A DNA stretch of 39,441 bases, taken from the NCBI RefSeq assembly GCF_001194135.2, contig NC_068998.1, positions 21,164,523 through 21,203,963 on the forward strand, read 5' to 3'. Shown here one piece after another: positions 12,785-24,716 of this stretch. The notes beneath the pieces were generated by a model, which saw nothing but the letters and a program-made list of their open reading frames with translations, was not told where the DNA came from and made no database searches. Numbering within the stretch: the stretch's first letter is position 1; the number at the start of each line of letters is the position of its first letter. A program made the translations under genes and the position numbers. Source of the stretch: Octopus bimaculoides. Its lineage: Eukaryota.

Positions 12785-13054
12785 TGTATGTGTATATATA
12801 TTTTACGCACTCACAAACACACACACATATTCATTACTTACTGATACATATATACATATGTATCGATGAATAAAACAAGATATACACCAAAACGTGTATG
12901 ATTTTATACAAATGCCTATGGAGAGCAGTTACGCAATATTTCAAGAGACAGGGGAAATTAGTTGAAAGGTAACAGTATCAGAGAATGGGGAGAGAGTGAC
13001 TTATAAACAGTACGAAGGTTATAAAGTAAAACACACATTTACGTATAAATCAAT

Positions 13055-13056
<2 letters not shown>

Positions 13057-13124
<68 letters not shown>

Positions 13125-13170
13125 ACACATATATAAGTATGCATGTATGTATATATATATATATATATAT
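13057..13170. repeat. (CA)n/(TA)n microsatellite
   Basis: Directly visible. Confidence 0.95.
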
Positions 13171-13539
13171 TGATAGAAAAGGTAAGACAATAAAAGAAAG
13201 AAAGAGACCTCGATATTACGTAAATAGAGGAATTTATCTGTAAATAATATGTGACAATTATTCGGTAGCCATGATAAAACTCCGAGTATATATATTTCGA
13301 AAATAGAAATAATACACACACACACACACACACACCCAGGAATACACAAACGCCTACATATATACATATGCGACACCCGCACATACACATACATGCGTAT
13401 ACGCAGGCACGCACACATACACTCACACAAGGTAGACTTCTCGTTACTTAATATGATTACCCAAACCGACACGAAATCAGTGAATGTATTTCACTTGAAT
13501 TTTTTTGTTTTTGTTTACAGAAGTAGATTGGCATCGACA

Positions 13540-13616
13540 CCTAGCAAGCCATGCTACTTTAGACTGATGACGAGCAATGACTCAGAAACTAGTCTCTGGA
13601 TGCTGGCTTTGCTGGG
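13540..13616 (+). ncRNA. Putative minimal type I hammerhead ribozyme (Penelope-like-element type)
   Basis: Core CUGAUGA at 13564-13570; stem II GAG/CUC around loop CAAUGA; GAAA at 13585-13588; palindromic ACUAGU stem III; GUC cleavage triplet at 13592-13594. Stem I is UUUAGA/UCUGGA, extended by GC/GC, GCCA/UGGC, AA/UU and CCUAGC/GCUGGG. The 10.1-11.1 position is a C-A mismatch. Confidence 0.7.
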
Positions 13617-13634
13617 TGGAGGTGCTTATCTCCC

Positions 13635-14933
13635 CTCCAGATAGAGAAGAACTGGAGCGCGGTTACGAGCAGAGTGACGCATTTAACCCACACCCGGTCT
13701 GAGCGTTGGCTATCCTTGAAAGGGATAGCGGAGGTCGCAAATGTGGTTATCGCATTTGTGTCACTTACCGCCTAACTGTCGTGCCATGCCGTGATTCGTG
13801 CCTAAACAAGTTAGAACGATTGCTCTTCCGCTTTTTGTGGAAGGACAAAGGACCTCTTGTAAGACGCACTATTTTCAGCCAACAACCGCTAAAGGGTTGG
13901 ACTAGGGTTGTCGTGGCTAATGATGATCAGGCATGCACTGAGGCTGAGGCATCTTTGGCTCTACCTGGATGGTGAGCGGGTGGGTCTCTGTTCATCAAAC
14001 TGTTACTTCCTCGGTTCAATAGTTTCGGTGAACCGGAACCTTGGATTAAGCGGATTAAGCGTGGACCAAAGTTCGGAGAGTGGCAAGCCGAGTGTCATCA
14101 GGCACTCGCACTTCTGCTCCGGACGGGTAATGGCAGCGGCGAGGGTTCCACCTCGTCATTCTATAGAGGATTGCTAGTGGCCAAGTGTGACGACGCCCTA
14201 GGGGAAACCCTAGGCTTCAATGACGGTCAACTTTCCGGTCTTTTCCGAATAACATTTGGGCCGAGGCCTTTGGATAACTTCCAAAAGTCCCTGGCTTGGC
14301 AATGTTACCGAGGAGACTTACCAGACTCTTCATGCTCGCCCACTTGCCCAAGATGCGAGCAGAGTAGTGAAACTGTTCTGCACGCAATTGTGCAGTGTCC
14401 GAAACTTTCGGAATTATGGGTTTATGTCAAACAACTGCTGTCACGTTTGGGAAGAGTACAACTATCTTCCGAGCCAATAATAAAGATTGTTCCACCGACC
14501 TCTCTGAACAGTGAAGAGAAGGTTTGTCTTCTCTCTGTAGTGGCTGTGGCAAAAGAGGTTGGGTGTAGAACAAGCATGAAAGGAGTAGTGACAGGCGTCT
14601 TCATCTCCAGCCTTGGTTTGGTAAACTTGTTTGCTTTTCCACCATAAAAGGAAAATAAGGCTGGAGAGGTGATGCTTCCCACTCAATATATATGAGAAAA
14701 GATGGAAGATGTGGCAATCATGTTGAGAGTGGATGTGCCTGCTTAAGGGAGAACAAAAAGGATCATAAAAGGTTCAGTGGTGGAGTGTGGTTTGTTGGGT
14801 AACGCCCGCTCCACACTTCATCATTATATTTTATATTATCATAAATTTTTAACCTCGTTTATCATTCTTTTACGAATCCTCCTGACTCCTTGTGTGTCTC
14901 CTCTTCGTGTAACCATTAGCGGTGAATAAAAAA
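13635..14933 (+). mobile_element. 5'-truncated Tx1/L1-clade LINE fragment (ORF2 C-terminus plus 3' UTR)
   Basis: Peptides YRLTVVPC..KLERLLFRFLWK and CPRCEQSSETVLHAIVQC (C-terminal Cys/His motif) parallel the copy at 26.9-28.0 kb. Ends in aataaaaaa at 14925-14933. Confidence 0.88.
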
Positions 14934-15325
14934 TCAAATCGGTTCTTCTTTTCCTTTCTTTTTTCTTCTTTTACTTTCTTCTTCCTCTAAGGCTTAGAGT
15001 CTAAGCAGTTATGGAAGCGAAAGCTAATAAGGTCATTCTATCTAAACAGGAGCGGAGGTTCATATTTGAATTTTTGCGTTTCTGCAGTCTTGTTTGTATT
15101 TTATTAATTCCCTAACTAGACGGGCATATGACAACATGGCAGTCGACACTCTTTAGTATGGCATAACTTTATGGATGTACCTATGAGACCCAGACTCCAA
15201 AATGGATGCGACACAACATGTTGAACAGAATTCTACACATAAAGGACAAGAGCAGGACGGGTCGAAACGAAAGTTGTGAAGAAGAAAGTTTAATACCAAA
15301 TCCATCTTCTTGTTACTTATTTAAT

Positions 15326-15710
15326 ATATATATATATAAAGCTACAACTTTATTAAGTTCTTTCAGAGTTGCCTCTCTTAGGTACATCTAAAAAAAACTC
15401 GAAATATCGATGTCTGGGATTCCTAATAGATGGCCTCACTGAACGGACTGGGTGTTTTCACAGCATTTTACCATAAGAGAGATTTTTTCTTCATGGTAAC
15501 TGCAGTGTATTTGCCTTTTATCACTTGAAATAAGCGACGAAAATATATCAACTAGCCTAAATTCTGCACACACCTAAGCACTGCTTCGCGCTAACGCTTT
15601 GTTGTTTACTTCGGTCGGGTGATCTACTAGCGCAAATCAGTTAACGTATTGACTGAATTATAATTAAAGCTACAACTTTCTCATGTTCGTTCAGAGTTGA
15701 GCTCGTCGTG
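15326..15710 (+). mobile_element. Possible non-autonomous Helitron-like unit followed by the start of a second unit
   Basis: 34-bp direct repeat aaagctacaacttt..gttc.ttcagagttg at 15338-15371 and 15666-15699 (30/34 by eye). The first copy follows (TA)n. A GC-rich stretch ending ...cggtcgggtgatctaCTAG lies at 15627-15630. Confidence 0.35.
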
Positions 15711-15738
15711 TGCTGCTGGAATCTTTGCTTGTGTGAGT

Positions 15739-15775
<37 letters not shown>

Positions 15776-16176
15776 CAAAAAATTTCGCACATATATGAAT
15801 GTAAACACATACGCTCTGCATACAACCTCCACGTCTGACTTGTATCAGAACATAAGCTCAACATGTCTATACACACGAAAATGTTTAGTCGCGGCTAGAA
15901 TGTCTCCTTTAATGGACATTGTCACTAAATTGTAAAATAGTAACTTTATTCAAATAACAAAATATCAAACACATTATACAGGCTTGGTAGTAATCCGGAA
16001 GTAGAATTATAATAAACGGATATTAAGAGGACGCTACAAACCAGAATTTGTAAACACGAGTAAGGTATTGAATTAAGATGTGAAGTTAAAGATAATAAAT
16101 GAAATTTACCCAGATAAAAGCAAGCGTGTTTCATTAACACATAACATGCATACATAAATACATATATACATGTGCG

Positions 16177-16213
<37 letters not shown>

Positions 16214-17522
16214 ATGTATAAGCCCAAGCGCACACACATTTACACACACGCACACACACACGCGCACACAGACACACACTCATGCACACAAACACACACA
16301 CATACACATATACTCATAGATCTATGCATATAAGTATTTATAATTACATTCATATACACGCATACATATATAAACACTATTCTCTTTCCGTCTCTATTTC
16401 TTTATCTCTCTTACTCCCTTCCTCTGCTCTCTTTCTACACACACACACTTAAACACACCCGCACTCACACACAATAGCGTATATATATGCTACATAGGCA
16501 TTTGCTTGTATTCTTTTAAATACGTGATAGATAGGCGCATATACATATGCACAGATAGATGCATAACCTGCAATACTAATTCACATAGGTACATGTGTAC
16601 TTGCGTGTAAGTGTTTCTATTGGCGTTTATGAATGTGTGTGTGTGTGTACTTGTATGGGCACATATGCACATCTGTACACACAAACTGACATAAACACAT
16701 CAATTAACGAACGCACATATTCATATCGATAACGATAAAAAAGGAATGATTTTATGGAAAACTGCACTCATCATTAATATACATGTATATTAATGAAACA
16801 AAGGAGAAAAAATTATGACGTAAAATATGGAAGTGAGAGAAACAGGGTGAGATAGACAGATAAATTGATAGAGAATGAGAGAGAGAGAGCGGAAAGAGAG
16901 AAGGAGAAAGCAAGAAGGATAGAGAAATGCAAAATGAAAAGAAATATCGGACGTAAAGAAATAATAAAATGAATAAGATGAAGATACGAAAAATACGAAA
17001 AATACAAGTAAAGACACTCCCACACCTGTACAGGAAAACAATATAAAAAATGAAAATGAAAATAAAAAATATGAAAAATACGATAAAATACATACCAAAT
17101 AACAACATTAAACAATCGAATTGAATGTAATTAGGTTTCGACATAAAGAAATGGTTTAGACAATAACTAAATAACGAAAAGAAAGGTGGCAGAATATAAT
17201 GAATTAATAAATAATAGTAACAACAAATACAACAGCAACTATAATGATATTAATAATACTAGTAATAATAATAAACAACAACAACAACAACAATAATAAT
17301 GATAATATTAATAACAATACTACCCTGTAATAAAAATAATAATGATGATACGAATTAAAATGATTACGACGATGATGATGATGAATATAAAAATATCTTA
17401 ATTGAAAATATAACTGAAGTGAAAAAGAAGAATGAAAAAAAAAAACGAAATAAAATAAGAAGAAATAAAAGCAAAGCATAAAAAAATTAACGAACATTGA
17501 GTTGATGAAAAATAGCAGAAAT

Positions 17523-17525
<3 letters not shown>

Positions 17526-17607
<82 letters not shown>

Positions 17608-17662
17608 CATAACATCATCGTCATCCACAACAAAAACAACAACAACAACAACAACAACAACA
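17526..17662. repeat. (AC)n and (AAC)n microsatellites in a purine-rich low-complexity block (16750-17700)
   Basis: Directly visible. Confidence 0.95.
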
Positions 17663-18141
17663 AAAATAGCAACAACAACACTAAGCAAACCAACGTATAA
17701 GATGGAAGTATTTTATTTTCTTTGGTAGCAAACTCATGGAATTCTGTCAATTAATGAGCCAGAATTTGAAGTGATATAGAAGTATAAGTGAGAAATATGG
17801 GATATAACAAGATATGTGCTGTATGCGTGTTTGTGTATCACTTGCATTTGTGCACGTGTGTATGTGTGTCTGTGTGTGTGTGTAGAGGTGGTGGTGGTTG
17901 TGGTGTTGGTGAAAGTTTGTTCTGACGTCAAAATGAAACATTATAAAAAAAGAATGTCGTCATTCGATTAGAGTATGAACAAATATAAAGGTATAAAAGT
18001 ATAAAGGACGAAAACAAAAATAAAACCCAATTAAATAAAAGAAACAATAAAACAATTTGATGGAAGCCTGTATTCGTATAAAATAGATTACCTTTGCTAT
18101 TGTTAGATTAGAATACACACGCACATACACACACATACATA

Positions 18142-18185
<44 letters not shown>

Positions 18186-19066
18186 TTTGCATAAATATTA
18201 ATGGGTAAAATAACTATAAAGTGTATATGGGTGTATATAAGAGAAAACGTTTGGTAATACGTAAGACAGATTGACATGTTAATAAAATAGAAAAAAATAT
18301 ATGAATTATACACACATTAGAAACACGTACACACATTCTTAACACACACACACACATATATACTCATATATGTACTCATAATATAATATAATATAATATA
18401 ATAATATAAATAAAATGATAAATGTAATATTATATAAGATCTATCATATAAATTTGTTTGAACAAGCGACTACATTATTAACCATTTTTATGTTATAGCG
18501 CTCATATTCTCTTGTAAAATGTCTTGTTAGTATAGCTAAAGGGCATATTCCAGTTCGTGTGCTAACAGAAGCATATAATCATCTCCTACTTAAAACTTCA
18601 ATCGCACACGTATTTCTATGTGGGCGGGTTAATCTATTTAAGGATCAGTATTACGTATATTAGTTTAATTAATTGGTGCCTTTGTGTTGCAGTTCTTATC
18701 TGAAGTTATCTGGCGGTGTTATTGTTACTGTATAACCTCTGATTATCTCTGATCGAACAGGCACAAGACAAAGAGGCAGTCAAATGAAAGTCCAGGTCTA
18801 AACCACAAATGTTTTAGTTTGGATATACAAATGCTGACTAACCCGGAATTACTTAACTTCCTTTCCATAAATACTGAGCATTCAATGTAATATCACAATG
18901 GAAAATAGAAGGAGCGGTATTGGTCGATCCATCTCTTCATCAAAGGGATGCTGGGAAATATTGAGGTAAACCATAATTCCATGTAGCTTGTAATGTTCAC
19001 ATTTCAAAACACAGTAGGTAATCATGTAGCGCAACGGCTAATACACTGTACTCTCTGTTCTGCCCA

Positions 19067-20050
19067 GATAGTAACAAGAGAGGCAATAGAGCTAGTTGCA
19101 CCGTTCATCTCTCTGCCTTCCCTTCCCACTTGTTATTGTTCAACCCTAGGTCAAGTTTGACCTAGGTTTATCAAAAGTTTTCCAGCCACGACTAGTCCAT
19201 CTTTTCTTTCATATTTTCAGATATCCCGTATTCGGGAACTATTACCCAATATGCTTTTTAAAGATAGTTTGGTTGAATTTGCAGGGGCTTAGTTAACAGT
19301 TTTTAGCAGTTTGACCGAATACCTAGAGACCCCCTTGTACCCCTGTTGAATTTTAACTCCGTGTCAATCATTGGTTGTTAGGCAAACTGTGAAATGCGTT
19401 TTAGCTATGACTTTCTCAATAGATTATGTCAAGAGCTATATTTGATTAATGAGTTCTTTTGTAAGACAATACAACGTTATTTGAGGGAGGCTTGGCTGAA
19501 GCATCTAGTAAGTCAAACATCCATGTAAAGTCTTCGTTAAAGTTCTCGTCTTGCACGCATGTAAATTCTGGTGATGACTACAAGATCGTGGGTTGATAGG
19601 TAGTATTTAAAGTTTTTTTTTAAAATCAGAGTTAACATTTTGATGAAATAGTCAGGGCAATGGCAATGTAAATAACATGCTACTTCTATACATGCTTTAA
19701 GATATTCTGGAAAGTTCTGCGAATATAGGTTAAAAAGTATGGTAGGAAACAGATCCTTGTGGCAGTTTTTTTCAGAAAATTGCTAATTCTGGATGTGCTC
19801 TTGTGCGTACACTACTATGGCAACTCTAGTAGTTTGAAAAAAAAATTCTATTGCATCTGGCATATGAACCACAGGGAAATGAAATCTCCAATCAAGAATA
19901 TTGGAAAAACCAGCAGAATCAATAGTAGTTAAATGCTACTGTAACACCATTTCCTTTATGCATAAAATTAGCTTTCTTTCTAAAACTACGCTCTTTGTCA
20001 TTCACTGTTGACTGAAGTTGAAGCAAATAATTCTATCCACCTGTGGTCTT
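19067..20050 (-). mobile_element. Degenerate non-LTR retrotransposon 3' half (RT remnant plus 3' end)
   Basis: Minus strand KLPQGSV (19765-19748), then after a frameshift PTILFNLY, which is the RT motif GLPQGSVL.P.LFNIY. The 3' end at 19067-19218 recurs inverted at 22874-23077. The left boundary is clear; the right boundary is approximate. Confidence 0.55.
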
Positions 20051-20073
20051 TGAAGACATATTATCAATGTCAA

Positions 20074-20148
<75 letters not shown>

Positions 20149-20717
20149 TATATATCTCTATATATATACACATAAATATATGCACACACACATAGACACA
20201 CACATATATAATTATCTTAATTTTCGTGTTGCATCGCTTTGGCCAGTATTATATAGTATATGATCGTTTCTGAATCAGAATTTATTCATTTTCATATAGC
20301 AGTCTTCTAAAATACTGCNNNNNNNNNNNNNNNNNNNNNNNNNNNNNNNNNNNNNNNNNNNNNNNNNNNNNNNNNNNNNNNNNNNNNNNNNNNNNNNNNN
20401 NNNNNNNNNNNNNNNNNNNNNNNNNNNNNNNNNNNNNNNNNNNNNNNNNNNNNNNNNNNNNNNNNNNNNNNNNNNNNNNNNNNNNNNNNNNNNNNNNNNN
20501 NNNNNNNNNNNNNNNNNNNNNNNNNNNNNNNNNNNNNNNNNNNNNNNNNNNNNNNNNNNNNNNNNNNNNNNNNNNNNNNNNNNNNNNNNNNNNNNNNNNN
20601 NNNNNNNNNNNNNNNNNNNNNNNNNNNNNNNNNNNNNNNNNNNNNNNNNNNNNNNNNNNNNNNNNNNNNNNNNNNNNNNNNNNNNNNNNNNNNNNNNNNN
20701 NNNNNNNNNNNNNNNNN

Positions 20718-20763
<46 letters not shown>

Positions 20764-21820
20764 CATACACACACATATATATATACAGATATACACACTC
20801 ATATATACACACATACGCATATACTAACATTGACTATTAAAAGAATCGAGTTATCGACAGCAAGTGTTTAAGCTCATTATGTTCTTACATGTCTTTTGAC
20901 AAACCTTACAACCGAAGCTTTGTGATGTGCATATGAATATATCGAAGCATAGTCGAATGTATATCACTAGACTTGCAAACCTTCATACATATTAAGTGCT
21001 ATAGAATCATTTGTAATGCACATGCTATCATAAACTTTTTGTCTGAGCTGTTGACCTCGTTTGTGACTAATGATCTCAGTTCTGGAATGACATATATGTA
21101 ACGATATATATCTGAAAGCAAACTTACTCCATCAAAAATTTATAAATTGTGCTTTTTCGTGCAGTTCAATCAATTCCACAAAGGAAACGCACAGTCTTAA
21201 AAACAACCAACACCATTCTTAATAATTTTCTTTCTTGGTGGCAGTCAAAAGCATTCCTCTCACATTTGATCTCATGCTAAATACTCTAAAAGAAGACTTT
21301 ACATAATATATGGTTTGTGTAGAGGGGGCTTTCAGCATATATGCTCAAGACACGCATCAATTCCGAAATATTTTCATTATTAATTTATGTGTTCCGTTTA
21401 ATGCAAACGGCATCCGCATTCCATTGCGTCAATACTTAACACTTTAAATACTCATACGAGCACGTGAGGATAGGTTGGTATTAAGAATACATTTTGATAT
21501 CTTGAGTACAATCGCTCAAGAACATTTATGCTTGTTAAGGATCCGAGTTTCACAAGGCCAAATTCACGAGAATAGACTCAAAATTCAAGACCGTAAAGGA
21601 TTCAAATAAATTCTAAACTCTATGTCTTATTTCATTAAAAATGCAAGAACGGATGAGGATGCTGCCCAGACAGCGGAAATTGTCTTCTACTTCTGTTCCT
21701 TCCACTGAGATGAATAAATTTACGTATGGAAGAAGACGATGGTCTTCTTCTTTTTAATTTTGAGACCATATTACTGATAAGAAATACAATATCGATCCAT
21801 GAGTATCTCCATGCTTTTAG

Positions 21821-21961
21821 CAATATGTACAAATAAGTAGTAGTCATCTGTATCAAGATTTCACAAATGATGAGGAAATTTCTGAGATAACCAAAGGTTT
21901 GGGATTTCATATATTTCTAGAAAAAGTGGGGAAAATATCGGCGGCAAAAGCAAGAGCAAAA
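21821..21961 (+). other. Candidate isolated coding exon (141 nt, phase 0-0)
   Basis: ccatgcttttAG acceptor and GTAAGT donor at 21962. Stop-free frame QYVQISSSHLYQDFTNDEEISEITKGLGFHIFLEKVGKISAAKARAK. No homology recognised. Confidence 0.3.
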
Positions 21962-22086
21962 GTAAGTTCAAACACAACGAATAGAAATTTGGGGAAAGGA
22001 TAGTTTTTCGACACAGTCTTATACAGAAATATGTTTGCTGTGTTCTCAGTGACATGGACCCATACTTCTATTACATAGTAAACTAC

Positions 22087-22353
<267 letters not shown>

Positions 22354-22681
22354 CAATTGGCTGTCGTTCGCGTCGTCTCGCGTAAGTTCATATATTTTGT
22401 CGCGTTTACTTATGTATACCTGTATATACTTTTGTCAGAAAGTTTCCTAATAACACCTGCTTTACCTTGAGCAACGCTCGTTAGCAAATATGCCCATTAA
22501 GGGCGAATTTTCATATTGCAAAATTTTTTCTCATAAATATTTTCATCTGTCTAGAGAATAGACATGGACAGTCCGGATAACAGAGTCAGCGTCGCAGGAC
22601 TAGAGTTAGTAATGAACTTCCTACCATTTCCCACACCGAGCAAGTCGAACAAAAACATGGAAGTACTCACACACACACGTA

Positions 22682-22749
<68 letters not shown>

Positions 22750-22873
22750 NNNNNNNNNNTTTCCATAAATATATACATACACGCGCGCGAACACACACAC
22801 ACACAAACACACATTTTGTTTTAAAATAGCTGTAAAGTTATTCGGTTTATCAATTGTATTATTGCTGGTGATG

Positions 22874-23077
22874 GAAAATATGAAAGAGAAGATGGACTGG
22901 TCGTGGCTGGAAAACTTTTGATAAATCTACTGAGTCAAACCTAACCTAGGGTTGAACAATAACAAAACTAAATGCAACAGTACCCACACTGACGCAAGCG
23001 TTCCTTCCGAACAAGTGGGAAGGGAAGGCAGAGAGATGAACGGTGCAACTAGCTCTATTGCCTCTCTTGTTACTATC
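22874..23077 (+). mobile_element. 3'-end fragment of the same LINE family as 19067-20050, opposite orientation
   Basis: Reverse complement of 19067-19218. 23011-23077 is identical to 19067-19133 (67 bp), and this copy carries ~50 extra bp. Confidence 0.8.
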
Positions 23078-23163
23078 ATTGTTACAAAAACCACCATCAC
23101 CAGTAACAATACAATTGATAAACCGAATAACATTGCAGCTATTTTAAAACAAAAAGAGTGCTA

Positions 23164-24654
23164 ATGTCCTTCCCAACAGAAGAACTAATACAGGAAAAAA
23201 ATATTGAACTCAGAAAATAGGACTATAAACCTCAACATCCCAGTAAGCTTTTTACAGGACATTTCTAAAAAAAAAAACGATAGTGTATAAAACCCTGATC
23301 ATAAAGACTAAAAAGCTAGAACAAGCCACTCAACAAAGAGTTGAAAAATGTCTACGACCCGTATGGACTTATAAAACATATATTACAAGGAGCAAATGAT
23401 TTGCCACGATCGAGGTGAGATTTGACACGGAGGAACGCATGAAAGATTTCTCAACGAAATCCTTCGAATGCGAGGACTTGATAATGATTCCCACCTACCT
23501 CGGTCGCTGGGTGACAAGGGTGAGAATCAAAGATGTGCTCCCTGAAATTCAAATTAGAAGGCTGGTGTCAGCCGTCTGTTACGATTTCGAAGAAAAATTA
23601 AACATATTAAAAGTTGTTGTCCTGGAACAGGAAAACTGGGTTGGACAAGGAATTGAGATTCTAATTCAGGCATGTACGGGTTCAATAGAAAATCTTCCAG
23701 ATTCTATAAATCTACCGGATAGCATGAAACTACATGTCACTGTTGAGGGCAGAAGGCCACGTTGCTACCTTTGTGGTAGACAATACCATTTAAAAATAGA
23801 CAGCAAATTGGCAGACCAACAAAAAGAACAACATGAACAACAAAACTAGAGTCCCAAGAGCAAACCAGCACTGTTACCCATCCAGCATCAGCACAAAAAA
23901 TGAAACAGCTCCACAAACAGATGAAAGAACTCCACAAAAACCAACCAACTCAGCCAACCCAAGCAGTCAACACCACCAACAACAGAGGCAACACCATCAT
24001 AATCACCGCCACCAGCGACAACACAAGCATCTAATCCAGAAGAAAAACAAGAAAAAGCTAACACATCATCCCCCCTCAACCCATACATCATATCCCAACA
24101 TCCAACCAGCACCAACAATAGCAACAACAACAAACTCACAAATTCATCTGAATATCCTTCCCCTTTTTTTTTGATTTCTCCGACATGTCGTCGGACGAAG
24201 GCGATACAGAAGAATGGCAAATGGCCACGAGGGGGAGAAGAAAAAAAGGGAAAAGAAACGAAAAGACACGCAATCAATCAAGGCAAGAAGAGTCGCTATT
24301 CCCGAAAACACAGCTCCCGCACCAAACACACACATTATCACCAACAATACAAACACACAAACACCAAATGGCCCCACAATGTTGACAGCAATAAACCCAA
24401 ACAATTCAGAACTAATGCAATACATCAGGTCCAAGACAAGATAAGAGAAGACAATGTCAAAACAGTCACCCACGCACAACACCACCACAGCACAAAAAAT
24501 CATACACGTGACACAAAACACACACAATACACTGAAATTTCTGTACCCGGATGTAGTAGGGAGATTTCAAATGTACTTATCAAAAAAATTATACAAAAAC
24601 CTTCTGAGAGAAGATTGTGAGGTGAAGAACAACCAACTTTCGAACAGTAAGTGA
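23164..24654 (+). pseudogene. LINE ORF1 (gag-like, zinc knuckle), disrupted
   Basis: ATG at 23164 (MSFPTEEL...). The frame at 23415-23849 contains VTVEGRRPRCYLCGRQYHLKIDS, a CX2CX4HX4C knuckle with the last Cys changed to Ser. A Pro/Thr/Gln-rich low-complexity tail follows. Confidence 0.75.
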
Positions 24655-24716
24655 CACACATTCTCTCACTCCCTCATTCTTTTCCTTTTCCTTTCGTGTG
24701 TAAAGCACAACTTTCG

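Noticed and set aside
16752-17750. Hydrophobic F/I/L/V-rich minus-strand ORFs resembling membrane proteins
   Set aside because: They are the reverse complement of A-rich low-complexity and microsatellite DNA.
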